From an uncultured Gammaproteobacteria bacterium (GTDB lineage Bacteria > Patescibacteriota > Microgenomatia > UBA10105 > UBA927): a stretch of 64,000 bases of DNA. The translations under genes were made by a program, and so were the position numbers. The DNA lies in the NCBI GenBank assembly GCA_964629685.1, contig CAZVTT010000001.1:244603-308602 (forward strand). The letters are read 5' to 3'. The notes below the pieces were generated by a model. It searched no databases. It was not told where the DNA came from and saw nothing but the letters and a program-made list of their open reading frames with translations. Shown piece after piece: positions 49,558 through 59,737 of this stretch. Within the stretch, counting starts at the first letter, position 1. Each line of letters opens with the position of its first letter.

Positions 49558-49890
49558 ATGAAAATAGTTTTAGGTATTCTGATTGTATTGCTGCTTGCCG
49601 GCGCCGGTGGCATTTATTACTACCTTAGTCTTCCTAAATCGGATGATGCGTACATGACCACGACAACAAATGAAACTGCCGCAGAGGAAAAAAGCGGTGA
49701 CGTGACGTTGACCGGAGTATTACGGAAATCAGAGGGTGACGATTATCATTACGTCATAGTTGCAGAAGGTCGGTCTACCGGTGTTGCGTCTCAGAGTATT
49801 CAATTGGATCAGTATGAGGATAAAACGGTTTCCGTAACCGGACAGTATTCCGGGACTACGCTTTACGCTGATTCCGTAACGGAACAGTAA
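49558..49890 (+). CDS. hypothetical exported protein
   Basis: N-terminal TM followed by a small OB-like beta domain. Confidence 0.65.
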   Translation: MKIVLGILIVLLLAGAGGIYYYLSLPKSDDAYMTTTTNETAAEEKSGDVTLTGVLRKSEGDDYHYVIVAEGRSTGVASQSIQLDQYEDKTVSVTGQYSGTTLYADSVTEQ

Positions 49891-49959
49891 ATTCCGGAGT
49901 TTCTTCTAGAAATTATCCACAGGCGTGATATAATATCCCGGCACGTTACAGCTGAATAT

Positions 49960-50031
49960 TCCCCTGTAGCTCAACGGTAGAGCAGGATCCTGTTAAGATC
50001 AAGGTTCGAGGTTCGAATCCTCGCGGGGGAG
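49960..50031 (+). tRNA. tRNA-Asn(GTT)
   Basis: Acceptor TCCCCTG/CGGGGGA, anticodon arm GATC-CTGTTAA-GATC, T-arm CGAGG-TTCGAAT-CCTCG. Confidence 0.93.
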
Positions 50032-50101
50032 CAAAATATTTGCTGCCTAGAATTTTCTTCACCACAAGCTGGACTTTCGAACCCTCTGATATAATCCACT
50101 T

Positions 50102-50527
50102 ATGAAAAGAACGATCTTCTTGTGTGCCAGTATGGCATTTTACAAAGAGCTGGTGGGTATTGAAAAAAAACTAGAAACAATAGGTTTTGTTGTTAAGATT
50201 CCGGTTTCAGCGCAAATAATGAAGGAAAAAAATGATTTTGAAGTGTCTCACTTCAAAGGAATTTTTACTCATGGTGAAAAGTCCGAGTTTATTCTGAAGA
50301 ACTTTAAAGAAATTGCCAAATGCGATAGCATTTTGGTAGTTAATAGTGAAAAGAACGGAGTAAAGGGGTATATAGGAGCAAATGTTTTAATGGAAATTGG
50401 CCTCGCCTTTTATTTGAAGAAAGAAATTTATATTTGGAATGATATCGAGGAATCCGCACCCTACAGAGAAGAGTTTCTCGCATTTAAGGTAAAGTTTATC
50501 AATCAAAATTTAAAAAGCGTGAAATAG
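50102..50527 (+). CDS. nucleoside 2-deoxyribosyltransferase-like protein
   Basis: CASMAF...IAKCDSILVVN...GYIGANVLMEIGLAF. Confidence 0.65.
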   Translation: MKRTIFLCASMAFYKELVGIEKKLETIGFVVKIPVSAQIMKEKNDFEVSHFKGIFTHGEKSEFILKNFKEIAKCDSILVVNSEKNGVKGYIGANVLMEIGLAFYLKKEIYIWNDIEESAPYREEFLAFKVKFINQNLKSVK

Positions 50528-50607
50528 GTTCCAGTTGTATAGGTTGAGCATGCGGTATACCTTAACAGAATGTAAGAATTTTATCTGAATTCATTTAAAC
50601 TTGCGGT

Positions 50608-50991
50608 ATGATTAAAGCTATTACGCCAGGTGGAGTAGACGAATATATTGCGAAATGTCCAAAAAACGTACAGGATACCATCAGAAAAATCAGACAGGCG
50701 ATACGTCAAGTCGCACCAGACTCTATAGAAACTGTTAGCTACTTCCAAATGCCCGGATTCTCATACGGTGGAAATTACTACTATAACGGAATGTTTGCCT
50801 GGATTAGCTATAAAAAGCCGTTTATACGGCTCCATGTTATCCCTCCTGTAATACAAGATCACAAAAAGGAATTTACCGGTATATCAACAACAAAGACTGT
50901 GGTAAATTTCCCGGAAGACACAGATATTCCGATAGCTTTGGTGAAGAAATTAGTGAAAGCAAGTATAACGGTTATGAAAAGCATGAATTAA
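50608..50991 (+). CDS. DUF1801/YdhG-like protein
   Basis: VDEYIA...IRQVAPD.IETVSYFQMP...IPIALVKKLVK. Confidence 0.85.
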   Translation: MIKAITPGGVDEYIAKCPKNVQDTIRKIRQAIRQVAPDSIETVSYFQMPGFSYGGNYYYNGMFAWISYKKPFIRLHVIPPVIQDHKKEFTGISTTKTVVNFPEDTDIPIALVKKLVKASITVMKSMN

Positions 50992-51053
50992 AAAATATGT
51001 TCCATCATAGGATTATGAGTCGGAGCCAATTTTACTTTTGATATAATTTGTTC

Positions 51054-51395
51054 ATGAACCGGATCGTTATTCTTCGCATTATTCATGGATTATTCGCACT
51101 ATATTTTCTATTCTGTCTAGCATATCTATACTACGCTTCGATTTTCTCACAAATTAACATTATTCTACTTATTGCAGTGATTAGCTTGGGGCTAGAAGGT
51201 TTTGTTGTATTTATTCTGAATAAGGGTGATTGCCCTCTTATTCATATTCAAAGGAGAATCGGGGATAATACTCCGTTTTTTAATTTAATACTTCCAGCGA
51301 AGTTGGCAAAACAAGCAGTTCCGATTTTGACAAAACTAGCTTTGGCAGGGTTTATGATCTTAATAATGCGATTATTATTTAGCTCTTTCCGGTAG
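51054..51395 (+). CDS. hypothetical membrane protein
   Basis: Three TM helices, GDCPL motif; ATG 6 nt after TGATATAAT. Confidence 0.65.
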   Translation: MNRIVILRIIHGLFALYFLFCLAYLYYASIFSQINIILLIAVISLGLEGFVVFILNKGDCPLIHIQRRIGDNTPFFNLILPAKLAKQAVPILTKLALAGFMILIMRLLFSSFR

Positions 51396-51488
51396 ATTTA
51401 ATTAGAAAATAGACTCTGTTAATCCCTATCAGGGAGAGCGAGAAAATACCGTTTTCGTATACTCCTTATTTTTGATATCATATACCCT

Positions 51489-51917
51489 ATGGCTACAATA
51501 CATCCCTGGATCAACTTCAACGGCAATGCCGAAGAGGCATTTACGTTCTATAAATCTGTTTTCGGTGGCGAGTTTACAAAGATAGTGCGTTTTAAAGATA
51601 TCGCGACAAATGAATTCCCCGTGGCGGAAAAGGAACAAGATAAAATAATGCATATTGGGTTACCCATCGGCCCCAGTACTACGCTGATTGCGAACGATGT
51701 TCCCGAGGTTATGGGACGAGTCAATGAAAACGAAAACAGAAGCAAGATTTTGGTAAATACGGAAAGCAAAGAAGAGGCGGACAGATTATTTCTTGGCCTT
51801 TCGGCCGGCGGTGAAGTAGAAGGAGACATGGGGGACAGCCCATGGGGATCCTATGCGGGTATGTTTCGAGATAAATTCGGTATTGAATGGATCATTGAAT
51901 TTTCTCCTAAAACCTAA
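51489..51917 (+). CDS. VOC family protein (PhnB-like)
   Basis: PWINFNGNAEEAFTFYKSVFGG...IMH...PWG...DKFGIEW. Confidence 0.9.
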   Translation: MATIHPWINFNGNAEEAFTFYKSVFGGEFTKIVRFKDIATNEFPVAEKEQDKIMHIGLPIGPSTTLIANDVPEVMGRVNENENRSKILVNTESKEEADRLFLGLSAGGEVEGDMGDSPWGSYAGMFRDKFGIEWIIEFSPKT

Positions 51918-52001
51918 ATCCACAACTTCAGTTTAAATTCGTAGTGCAGCATCAATTTATTGCTGTATTTTTTGTTATATCCGGGAAGGACAGTGGAGTT
52001 G

Positions 52002-52211
52002 TTATTCGTCTGTATGTTTTACTTCTAGAAGAATATTTCGTTTAACCCCGGCAACTGCAGGTAGAAGATGATTCAAAACTTGTTCAGCTGTCATTCTGAA
52101 CTTTTTTCCTTTTGCAGATATCTTTACCCAACCCTTTTCATCCTTAGAATACTTTTCAGTAAAGTTTTTTGTACCCATGCTAATTACATAGCTATCATTA
52201 GTTAATTTCAT
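52002..52211 (-). CDS. small hypothetical protein
   Basis: 69 aa; TGTTAGAAT-N6-ATG upstream on the minus strand. Confidence 0.6.
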   Translation of the reverse strand: MKLTNDSYVISMGTKNFTEKYSKDEKGWVKISAKGKKFRMTAEQVLNHLLPAVAGVKRNILLEVKHTDE

Positions 52212-52315
52212 GCCTTCATTCTAACAAAAGCGGTTCTCGTTTGTTCAAGGTGTGATTTTTGGCTACTGAATCCGTTAAATCCTGGCGCTGAATGTAGTCC
52301 TGATATAATTACTTA

Positions 52316-52798
52316 ATGAATAAAAAACAGCCTGTCGCCTATATCATTTGCGGATTTATCGGTGCGGGAAAAACTACATTTTCCAGGAAATTGGAAAAGG
52401 AAACCGGAGCTATTCGTATAACTAAGGATGAATGGATAGTAACGATTTTTGGCAACAAAATAACTTTAGACAAAAATTTTGAAGACTATGACAAACGGAT
52501 AACTCAACTGGCTAAGGATTTTGCTTTTAAAATTTTACAGTCCGGGGGAGATGTTATTCTGGATGAGGGATTTTGGCTAAAGTCTCAAAGAATCGATATA
52601 AGGAAGAAAATATCGGAATTAGGAGCAACGCCAGTTTTGTATTATGTTAAAAGTTCGATTGATACCATGAGAGCAAGAGTTGTAGACAGAAGTAAGATTC
52701 CATCAAAGGATTCGTTTGAAATAAGCGGTGAAATGTTTGACGGGTATTTACAATACTGGCAGCCGCCGGAAGAAGACGAAGAATATATTCCGGCATAA
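52316..52798 (+). CDS. P-loop kinase (AAA_33-like)
   Basis: ICGFIGAGKTT, DEW, VILDEGFW...R. Confidence 0.85.
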   Translation: MNKKQPVAYIICGFIGAGKTTFSRKLEKETGAIRITKDEWIVTIFGNKITLDKNFEDYDKRITQLAKDFAFKILQSGGDVILDEGFWLKSQRIDIRKKISELGATPVLYYVKSSIDTMRARVVDRSKIPSKDSFEISGEMFDGYLQYWQPPEEDEEYIPA

Positions 52799-52848
52799 TA
52801 CCTGTTTGTATTCATACGATCCCATCGTTTGACTAATATACTTATATT

Positions 52849-53373
52849 ATGCATCCGCTTACATTTATCGAAGAAATTTCCATTATTAACGGAAACCCAT
52901 ACGTTCGTCCACCGGACAATGTGTTGTCGGTAGTCTTTAAACAGGCTGGGAAAAATACGAGCCCCATCCCTGTAATCGGGAAAATCAACGGAGCAAAATT
53001 CCAACAGTCACTCGTAAGATACCAGGGGGACTGGAGATTGTATGTCAATATAATTATGGCAAAGGCTGCGGGTATACCATTCAGTAAAAGCATACGTGAA
53101 ATTGTAGGAACAGCAGCAGCATTTGAAATTGAATTTAATCCCGCTCCACCGGTGTATGAAATGCTCTCTTTTCTGCAGGATGCTCTCGATAAAAACCCGG
53201 GCGCAAAAGATAGCTGGAACAAACTTCCGCCAAATAGACAAAAAGAGATTTTGCGTTACTTTTCCTGGCTTAAATCGGATGAAGCGAAAGAAAGAAATAT
53301 TAAAAAAGTTATTGCGGTGCTATTGCGCAATGAAGGACGCTTTATGGCCAGAAATTGGAAAGACGGAAAATAA
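52849..53373 (+). CDS. DUF1905 plus YdeI/OmpD-associated domain protein
   Basis: IPVIGKING...LYVN; LQDALDKNP.AK..WNKLPPNRQKE...KSDEAKERNI. Confidence 0.8.
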   Translation: MHPLTFIEEISIINGNPYVRPPDNVLSVVFKQAGKNTSPIPVIGKINGAKFQQSLVRYQGDWRLYVNIIMAKAAGIPFSKSIREIVGTAAAFEIEFNPAPPVYEMLSFLQDALDKNPGAKDSWNKLPPNRQKEILRYFSWLKSDEAKERNIKKVIAVLLRNEGRFMARNWKDGK

Positions 53374-53435
53374 CGAAGACGTTCCGGTAATAGGTTTTCA
53401 GGCCTGTTTTATGCTGCGTTTGCTATACTAACGTC

Positions 53436-53993
53436 ATGGGAAAAATAATTGCTGGTATGGCTATGTCCTTGGATGGATTCGTGAATGACAGTAGCGGTAG
53501 TGTGGATAAACTCTATTCGGATTTCACCGAACTTCATGAAGTCCCGGCTTTTCAGGAAATGATCAGGAATACGGGTGCTGTAATTATGGGGAGGCACGTA
53601 TATGAAATGGCAGATCCTTTTACGTGGGCTACCGATGATTATGAATTTCAGACTCCGATTTTTGTGTTGACACATACCCCACCGATTAAATATCCGGCAG
53701 GAAACGGTAAACTGAGTTTTGTTTTCGTCACCGACGGAATCGCAAGTGCCGTAACTCAGGCAAAGCGGGCAGCTGGAGGAAAAGATGTGCAGGTGCTGGG
53801 TGCGCAAACTATCCAACAATGCCTTAATGAGGGACTCTGCGATGAACTGCAAGTAGATATAATGCCAGTTTTTTTGGGAAATGGATTAAAACTATTTGAA
53901 CATGTAAATACTGAAAAAATGAAGCTTGAACTTACGAGCGCAGTCAAAATTACCTCTGAGAGAACGAGTTTGACGTACCGAATGGTTCGGTGA
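53436..53993 (+). CDS. dihydrofolate reductase-like (RibD C-terminal) protein
   Basis: MAMSLDGFV, GAVIMGR, DELQVDIMPVFLGNG..LF. Confidence 0.9.
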   Translation: MGKIIAGMAMSLDGFVNDSSGSVDKLYSDFTELHEVPAFQEMIRNTGAVIMGRHVYEMADPFTWATDDYEFQTPIFVLTHTPPIKYPAGNGKLSFVFVTDGIASAVTQAKRAAGGKDVQVLGAQTIQQCLNEGLCDELQVDIMPVFLGNGLKLFEHVNTEKMKLELTSAVKITSERTSLTYRMVR

Positions 53994-54112
53994 CGGAAAA
54001 TTCTTTTTAAATTCGAATTGTAGCGATAATTTTTTAGATCAGAAAATGTATTTCTATCATCTTTTTTCCGAATATTGTATGATTGGTTACAATAATTAAG
54101 GAGGACGATACT

Positions 54113-54502
54113 ATGGCTAAATATGTTGACGGATTTGTATTAGTTATTCCCAAAGATAAAGTCGAAGATTATAAAAAAATGGCTGTAGGTGGCCGGGATT
54201 CATGGATGAAGCATGGCGCACTGGGCTATTACGAGTGTCAGGGAAACGATCTGGTACCACAGGAAATGGGTGGCCAAAAAGCCCGGGCGTTTACGGAAAT
54301 GGCCGGAGCAGGGGCAGATGAGACGGTATGGTTCTCTTTCATCATTTTCAATTCGAAAGAACATCGGGATGAAGTGAATGCGAAGGTAATGGCCGAGATG
54401 GCTGAACAGATGAAAGATCAGACGGATATGCAAATGCCGTTCGATATGAAACGCATGTCGTACGGTGGATTTCAGGTAGAAGTCGAGGGTCAGAAGACGT
54501 AA
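54113..54502 (+). CDS. DUF1428 (YbaA) family protein
   Basis: YVDGFVL..P...Y..MA...HGAL.Y.EC; MPFDMKRMSYGGF. Confidence 0.9.
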   Translation: MAKYVDGFVLVIPKDKVEDYKKMAVGGRDSWMKHGALGYYECQGNDLVPQEMGGQKARAFTEMAGAGADETVWFSFIIFNSKEHRDEVNAKVMAEMAEQMKDQTDMQMPFDMKRMSYGGFQVEVEGQKT

Positions 54503-54526
54503 TATTCTATTCTGCCATACACGATT

Positions 54527-54949
54527 ATGAATATGTTCAAACCAACTTCCGCAAAAAGTCCGGAAGAATATATTGCAGCCATCCCGGAACCGCGGCGACA
54601 AGATGTGGAGAAGCTCCATGAACTTATACAGCAAACTGTTCCTGCACTTAAGGCTCATATTCTGAGCGGTATGATCGGATATGGTACCTATCACTACCGG
54701 TATGCCAGCGGCAGAGAAGGGGAATGGTCTTTAATCGCGCTCGCGAGCCAAAAAAACTATATTTCCGTCTATGTCTGTGCGTTAGATAACGGAGAATATC
54801 TGGCAGAAAAGTATAAGAGTAAATTCCCGAAGGCGAGTATAGGCAAAAGTTGTATCCGCTTTAAAAAGATAGGGGATATAGATCTATCGGTGCTTAAAGA
54901 AATTGTTAGGAAAGCAGAAAAATTCGGCGGTGCAGGACAGGTTTCTTAG
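54527..54949 (+). CDS. DUF1801 family protein
   Basis: MIGYGTYHYRYASGREGEW...QKNYISVY...GKSCIRFKK. Confidence 0.88.
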   Translation: MNMFKPTSAKSPEEYIAAIPEPRRQDVEKLHELIQQTVPALKAHILSGMIGYGTYHYRYASGREGEWSLIALASQKNYISVYVCALDNGEYLAEKYKSKFPKASIGKSCIRFKKIGDIDLSVLKEIVRKAEKFGGAGQVS

Positions 54950-54967
54950 TTTCCCCCAAACGGTTTA

Positions 54968-55336
54968 ATGGAGATGCAAGGAATGAAAACGAATCACCGG
55001 ATATTTACCATGAGCTTCTCGAGTGTCTATCCGCTATACCTTGCGAAGGCAGAGAAAAAAGGGCGTACAAAGGCAGAAGTAGATGAAATTATCCGTTGGT
55101 TAACGGGGTATAGTCAGCAAGCGTTGGAATCACAACTGAAGAAACAGACAAATTTCGAGACGTTTTTTGCGAATGCACCTAAGCTTAATCCGGCGAGGGC
55201 TTTGATAAAGGGTGTGGTTTGCGGAGTACGGGTGGAAGACATTACGGACCCGACTATGCAGGCAATCCGGTACCTGGATAAACTTATAGATGAGCTCGCA
55301 AAAGGGAAAACGACGGCAAACATTCTGCGGAAATAA
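54968..55336 (+). CDS. DUF2200 family protein
   Basis: [31 protein letters not shown]...[15 protein letters not shown]. Confidence 0.92.
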   Translation: MEMQGMKTNHRIFTMSFSSVYPLYLAKAEKKGRTKAEVDEIIRWLTGYSQQALESQLKKQTNFETFFANAPKLNPARALIKGVVCGVRVEDITDPTMQAIRYLDKLIDELAKGKTTANILRK

Positions 55337-55392
55337 GAATATTTCGTACTGTCATAATGTATATAGCATAAGAATATAAAGTTCATATCGGA

Positions 55393-55728
55393 ATGCAAAC
55401 AAAATTTTTTTCAAAGCATATTGTAATACTCGGTCCAGTTCTGGGATTTATTTGTCTCATTCCGTTTATCGTTCTTGAAATAGTAAACAGAAAACAGTTC
55501 CATGAAGGATTTCCGTATGCTGTGTTTACGTTTAGCTGGTTGCTGCAGACAGTATTTATCTGGTTATTTATACCGGTAATACAGCAATTCCGTTCCGGTA
55601 CATCGGAACGGAATCAGCCGATGGCCAATGTCCTGCGGATTATCGGTATGGCATGTATTGCCTACGTGTGGATTGGGTGGATTAGCGATCAGTGGCCGTG
55701 TCTTATGGGTGTTCCCAATTGCGATTAG
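55393..55728 (+). CDS. hypothetical membrane protein
   Basis: Three TM helices; C-terminal DQWPCLMGVPNCD. Confidence 0.7.
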   Translation: MQTKFFSKHIVILGPVLGFICLIPFIVLEIVNRKQFHEGFPYAVFTFSWLLQTVFIWLFIPVIQQFRSGTSERNQPMANVLRIIGMACIAYVWIGWISDQWPCLMGVPNCD

Positions 55729-55747
55729 ACTAGAGAAAGTCTAATAT

Positions 55748-55787
55748 TATAGACATAATGTAAAATTAATGTTACATTATGTCTATA
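55748..55787. promoter_or_regulatory. perfect 16-bp inverted repeat over a promoter (probable XRE operator)
   Basis: TATAGACATAATGTAA-N8-TTACATTATGTCTATA, containing TAGACA-17 nt-TACATT and ending at ATG 55787. Confidence 0.75.
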
Positions 55788-56209
55788 TGGATGGAAAGAA
55801 ATATAAGCAACTACGGGTTTTTGTCGCATTCTTTGTTTCCGCAATAGTTTCTTTGGCGGTGCTTCGGGATAGTTACCTGTTAGCGGCGGCTGGTGTTCTT
55901 ACGGGAATGGTTTTTCTGGTCTTCGCCCGTACAAAGGTAAAAGTTAGAACGGACGAACGGGAATCTACTGTGCAGGAAAAAGCAGCCAGGATGACGTATG
56001 CGATTTTTGCGCCCACGTTAGGTATTAGTGCGTTTTTGTTATTGCTTCCATCAAAGAGCGGTTTATCAGTATTTACCAACGGCGAATTTATATATTTAGA
56101 ATCATTGGGTATGGTATTAGCATATATAACACTATTCCTCATAGTTATTTATGCCATTTCCTATCATTTCTATAACAGAAAATACGGGGGGAGTGGAGAT
56201 GAAGAATAG
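55787..56209 (+). CDS. DUF2178-like membrane protein
   Basis: TM helices with DERE....EKAA.MT; followed by an XRE gene. Confidence 0.75.
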   Translation: MDGKKYKQLRVFVAFFVSAIVSLAVLRDSYLLAAAGVLTGMVFLVFARTKVKVRTDERESTVQEKAARMTYAIFAPTLGISAFLLLLPSKSGLSVFTNGEFIYLESLGMVLAYITLFLIVIYAISYHFYNRKYGGSGDEE

Positions 56210-56408
56210 TATAAAAGTGTATCGCGCAATGCACGATCTAACACAGGAACAATTATCGGAAAAAATAGGGATTAGCCGACAGACAGTAATTGCAATAGAA
56301 AATAATAAGTATTTACCGTCTTTGGGCTTGGCTTTTAAAATTTCCAAACTCTTTAACGTATCAATTGAACAGATATTCCAGTATGAGGAATTCATCAATG
56401 AAGACTAG
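56199..56408 (+). CDS. XRE family HTH transcriptional regulator
   Basis: MKNSIKVYRAMHDLTQEQL...SRQTVIAIENNKYLPSLGLAFKI. Confidence 0.93.
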   Translation: MKNSIKVYRAMHDLTQEQLSEKIGISRQTVIAIENNKYLPSLGLAFKISKLFNVSIEQIFQYEEFINED

Positions 56409-56805
56409 AAAAATATCAGACAATTTACTATATATATCGGCAATAGGCATTAGTATTGTATCGCTGGTATTTTTTATTACGGTTAATTGGATTGGATTCG
56501 AAGTAAAAAATATATGCCAGCATGCAAAATGGCAATACGGTGGGGATTGTGTGGACGCGCTTATTGTTCAATTACGTGATGAACATCAGGGCTATAGAAC
56601 AAGAAATCATGCGATTTGGGCGCTGGGTCAGATTGGTGATTCAAGGGCTGTTCCCGTTCTGAAAACATTGTACTCTGGTGTTATACCCGAGCGGGAACCA
56701 CTGGATACAACTATTAGCCAGTACGAATTAAAAAAGGCGATCGTTCTTGCAGGTGGCGGAACGAATCTTACTGCGATTTTTTGGCGTAACGGATTAAATG
56801 ATTAA
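56398..56805 (+). CDS. membrane-anchored HEAT-repeat protein
   Basis: TM then RNHAIWALGQIGDSRAVPVL. Confidence 0.75.
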   Translation: MKTRKISDNLLYISAIGISIVSLVFFITVNWIGFEVKNICQHAKWQYGGDCVDALIVQLRDEHQGYRTRNHAIWALGQIGDSRAVPVLKTLYSGVIPEREPLDTTISQYELKKAIVLAGGGTNLTAIFWRNGLND

Positions 56806-56885
56806 AAACGATTAAATTCGATAAGGTACTTATGTGTGTAATTGGTCATACTGCTTAAGAATGTTGCGTAAGGTAATATGGAATT

Positions 56886-57260
56886 ATGAATAATCAAAAT
56901 TTAAAGAACGGATTCGGTTGGGGGATTCTCCTTTGGCTGGCGGGGTATATATTGGGAATAGTGTTTTTTATGTTTATTCCGCAAGGGCTTCTGGGTTGGG
57001 CCATTATGCCGTTTGGAATTGCGTTAACATTGTGGGTATTACTAAAGCGGATTAAGCAACAAACGTTAATCCAGTATTGCGTGCTAGCTGTAATTTGGAC
57101 ATTGATAGCGATTGTTTTTGACTATTTTTTCTTAGTGAAGGTATTTAAGCCGGCAGACGGATATTACAAAACGGATGTATATGTATATTATCTTCTGACG
57201 TTTCTTTTACCGCTTGTTGTAGGTTGGCGGAAAACAGCGTTAAATAAATTTAGACCGTAA
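56886..57260 (+). CDS. hypothetical 4-TM membrane protein
   Basis: Hydrophobic 124 aa ORF. Confidence 0.7.
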   Translation: MNNQNLKNGFGWGILLWLAGYILGIVFFMFIPQGLLGWAIMPFGIALTLWVLLKRIKQQTLIQYCVLAVIWTLIAIVFDYFFLVKVFKPADGYYKTDVYVYYLLTFLLPLVVGWRKTALNKFRP

Positions 57261-57264
57261 TACA

Positions 57265-58887
57265 CTATATTTCTACGACTTCGCCGCCCATGTGTTCAAT
57301 AAAGAATGTGTCATGGGAAATGTAGAGTACACCTCCCTGAAAGGCAGCAAGTGCATTTTCCAGTTCTTCTATGGATGGAAGGTCCAAATGATTTGTTGGT
57401 TCATCCAATATCAATAGATTCGGTTTTGCAGCAAGCATTTTTATGATCTGGAATCTGGCTTTTTGTCCTCCGGAAAGCGAAGCTATTTTTTGTCTTCCGT
57501 CTATTATCGGATCGAAAAGATATTGTGCCAACAAACTCCTTAATTGCCGTTCTTCCAGTGGGATACCCAGCTCGGAATATGTTGCTTCAATGGCATGATC
57601 CAGCGTCAGATGCAGATATCGTTCATTAATTTCCTGCTCGTATTCTCCTATACGTAAATTTGCTCCCAGTTTTATCTCTCCGGATAATTGTTTGGCTTTC
57701 GGTATTTCATTTCTAAATAGCGAAATTATGGTGCGGACTAAAGTGCTTTTACCTGCACCATTTCTACCTTTGATTAAAATTCTATCGTCATTTCGGAGAG
57801 AAAAGGAAATATCCGAAAAAATAGGAGATGCAAATCCCAATGAAAGTTGGCGTACCGATACTAGTTCACTTGTTCGTTCCTTCTCCGCATGAATAGAGAT
57901 AGTAATATTTTTTTCTTTAAATTTATGATATGAATCAGCTACATTTTTATCCAGCGATTCCGTGGAATCCTGATCGATCCAGAATGAAGGTTTAACGGTT
58001 TCTGATTTAATTTTTTCGTAGTCGCGTAACCAATGATCGTACCGGGTTTTCCATTCTTTACTTTTAGCCCTCATTTGCAGACCCCATTCAACCCGTTTCT
58101 TTGCTTCTTTTAGGCGGTTAAGCTGAATCTGATACTGTTTAACGGAATTTGTGGTGGAAATCGTATTATTCTCCAAATAATATTTGTAGTTGCCGTTATA
58201 GACGAAAAGTTGTTTATCTTTTAATTCGATTATTTTATCTACGTGTTCCAGTACATCTCTGTCATGCGTTACCACCAATATGCTGCCGATCTCTTCCTTC
58301 ATCCAGGAAATGAATTGTTCTTTCCCGATGTAATCCATATGATTCGTCGGTTCATCTACCAAAAACAGATCGGCATTTGAGTACATCATACGTGCCAGTT
58401 CCACATACCTTTTTTCTCCTCCTGACAGTTGCCCGAGTGGCTGGAGCGCTTTCTCGTTTGAAATTTGGAAGTTTAAAAGGGTGTTTAGGATCTTATCTTT
58501 TATGTAGTAGTAACCGTGTCGGGTAAACTGATCAACGGATTCGGAATATATATGTATATCGGTATGTACACCGTTTTCAAAATCCAACAATATCTGTTCA
58601 AGTTTTGTATAGTGCGGAACGCTCTGCAGTATGTATTCCAGAGCAGATTGTTTATGTACGGAAATGTGTTCCTGTTTGGTAAGCGTAACACGGAGATTTT
58701 TTTTAACTTTCAACGTTCCGCCAAACTCCGCGTCTTCTCCGGCCAGTATTTTCAGCAGCGTGGTTTTCCCCTGACCATTGCGGCCGATTAACGCAATTTT
58801 TTCTCCTGCATCTATGGAAAACGTAAGATCGTGAAAAAGATCTTTAGCACCTATTGTTTTAGATAAAAGTGTGGCATCGATGAGCAT
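57265..58887 (-). CDS. ABC-F family ATPase
   Basis: Two NBDs (GRNGQGKTT/LSGGE/DEPTNH and GRNGAGKST/LSGGQ/DEPTNH) with no TM domain. Confidence 0.92.
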   Translation of the reverse strand: MLIDATLLSKTIGAKDLFHDLTFSIDAGEKIALIGRNGQGKTTLLKILAGEDAEFGGTLKVKKNLRVTLTKQEHISVHKQSALEYILQSVPHYTKLEQILLDFENGVHTDIHIYSESVDQFTRHGYYYIKDKILNTLLNFQISNEKALQPLGQLSGGEKRYVELARMMYSNADLFLVDEPTNHMDYIGKEQFISWMKEEIGSILVVTHDRDVLEHVDKIIELKDKQLFVYNGNYKYYLENNTISTTNSVKQYQIQLNRLKEAKKRVEWGLQMRAKSKEWKTRYDHWLRDYEKIKSETVKPSFWIDQDSTESLDKNVADSYHKFKEKNITISIHAEKERTSELVSVRQLSLGFASPIFSDISFSLRNDDRILIKGRNGAGKSTLVRTIISLFRNEIPKAKQLSGEIKLGANLRIGEYEQEINERYLHLTLDHAIEATYSELGIPLEERQLRSLLAQYLFDPIIDGRQKIASLSGGQKARFQIIKMLAAKPNLLILDEPTNHLDLPSIEELENALAAFQGGVLYISHDTFFIEHMGGEVVEI

Positions 58888-58906
58888 GAATCTATAAGTA
58901 TACCAC

Positions 58907-59593
58907 TTATAGTTCTTTTTTAGCTCTGAAAAGAAGTATTCCCAGCGCGATCAGAAACGTAGGGAGGAGATAATTATTTATTTCCGCAACCATGCTAACT
59001 CCTGAAGTAACGTTTCTAAATCCACCCACGAATCCGAGTAGAGCTGTAAGCACTGCGAAATATCCGAAATATTTTATTCTTCCGGATATCTTCATGAGAA
59101 TTAACCCTACAGTAAGAAACCAGGCGTTCATGGTAAGTTCTCCCAGAAATTCACCAATGTAGTTTCCCAAATATACGTTTAATCCCAAAAAAATGGTGTT
59201 TATCGTGGCTTGTTGATCAGGACTTGCTGCAGCAAATGATTGAGCCATAGTCCAGTGGATGCTCGGCCAGCGCATGAGGCCAAGCATATTTGCAAAGGTG
59301 GCTACTGTTGCGAATATCAATCCCCCGATAGCTAAGGAATTATGTTTATTCCGTAAATACGCGTAGGTTCCCAGTGCTGCCGGTACAAGAATTAACGGAA
59401 GAAATGCATAAATTGCCCAAATAGCCCTCATTTCTGAACCGCCGGCAACTATTTTAGGTAAGACATGATACGCATCGCCGTCCAAAATATCGGGATAATT
59501 AAAGTTAATGGCAAGGTAGGTAAACACACCTACAAAAGCTATTCCACCGAATAAAGAGAATAGACCGCCGATTTTTATCATATTGTCTTTCAT
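58907..59593 (-). CDS. DUF4386-like membrane protein
   Basis: FNYPDIL, LGLMRWP, GEFLGE; multiple TM helices. Confidence 0.7.
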   Translation of the reverse strand: MKDNMIKIGGLFSLFGGIAFVGVFTYLAINFNYPDILDGDAYHVLPKIVAGGSEMRAIWAIYAFLPLILVPAALGTYAYLRNKHNSLAIGGLIFATVATFANMLGLMRWPSIHWTMAQSFAAASPDQQATINTIFLGLNVYLGNYIGEFLGELTMNAWFLTVGLILMKISGRIKYFGYFAVLTALLGFVGGFRNVTSGVSMVAEINNYLLPTFLIALGILLFRAKKEL

Positions 59594-59737
59594 ATATTAA
59601 ATTGTGTGATATCTAACAATAAGTACTGAGTTTACTATACTTTATAGCTCGGAAATAATCTATGAAAGAAAGATACCTGGACATATTGTGTTTAGGTGGA
59701 TTGAATGAGGGGGAGCGTGTTAGGTATACTACAGTAT

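Noticed and set aside
50076-50085. TTCGAACCCT as an att remnant of tRNA-Asn
   Set aside because: Too short and in inverted orientation; could be chance.
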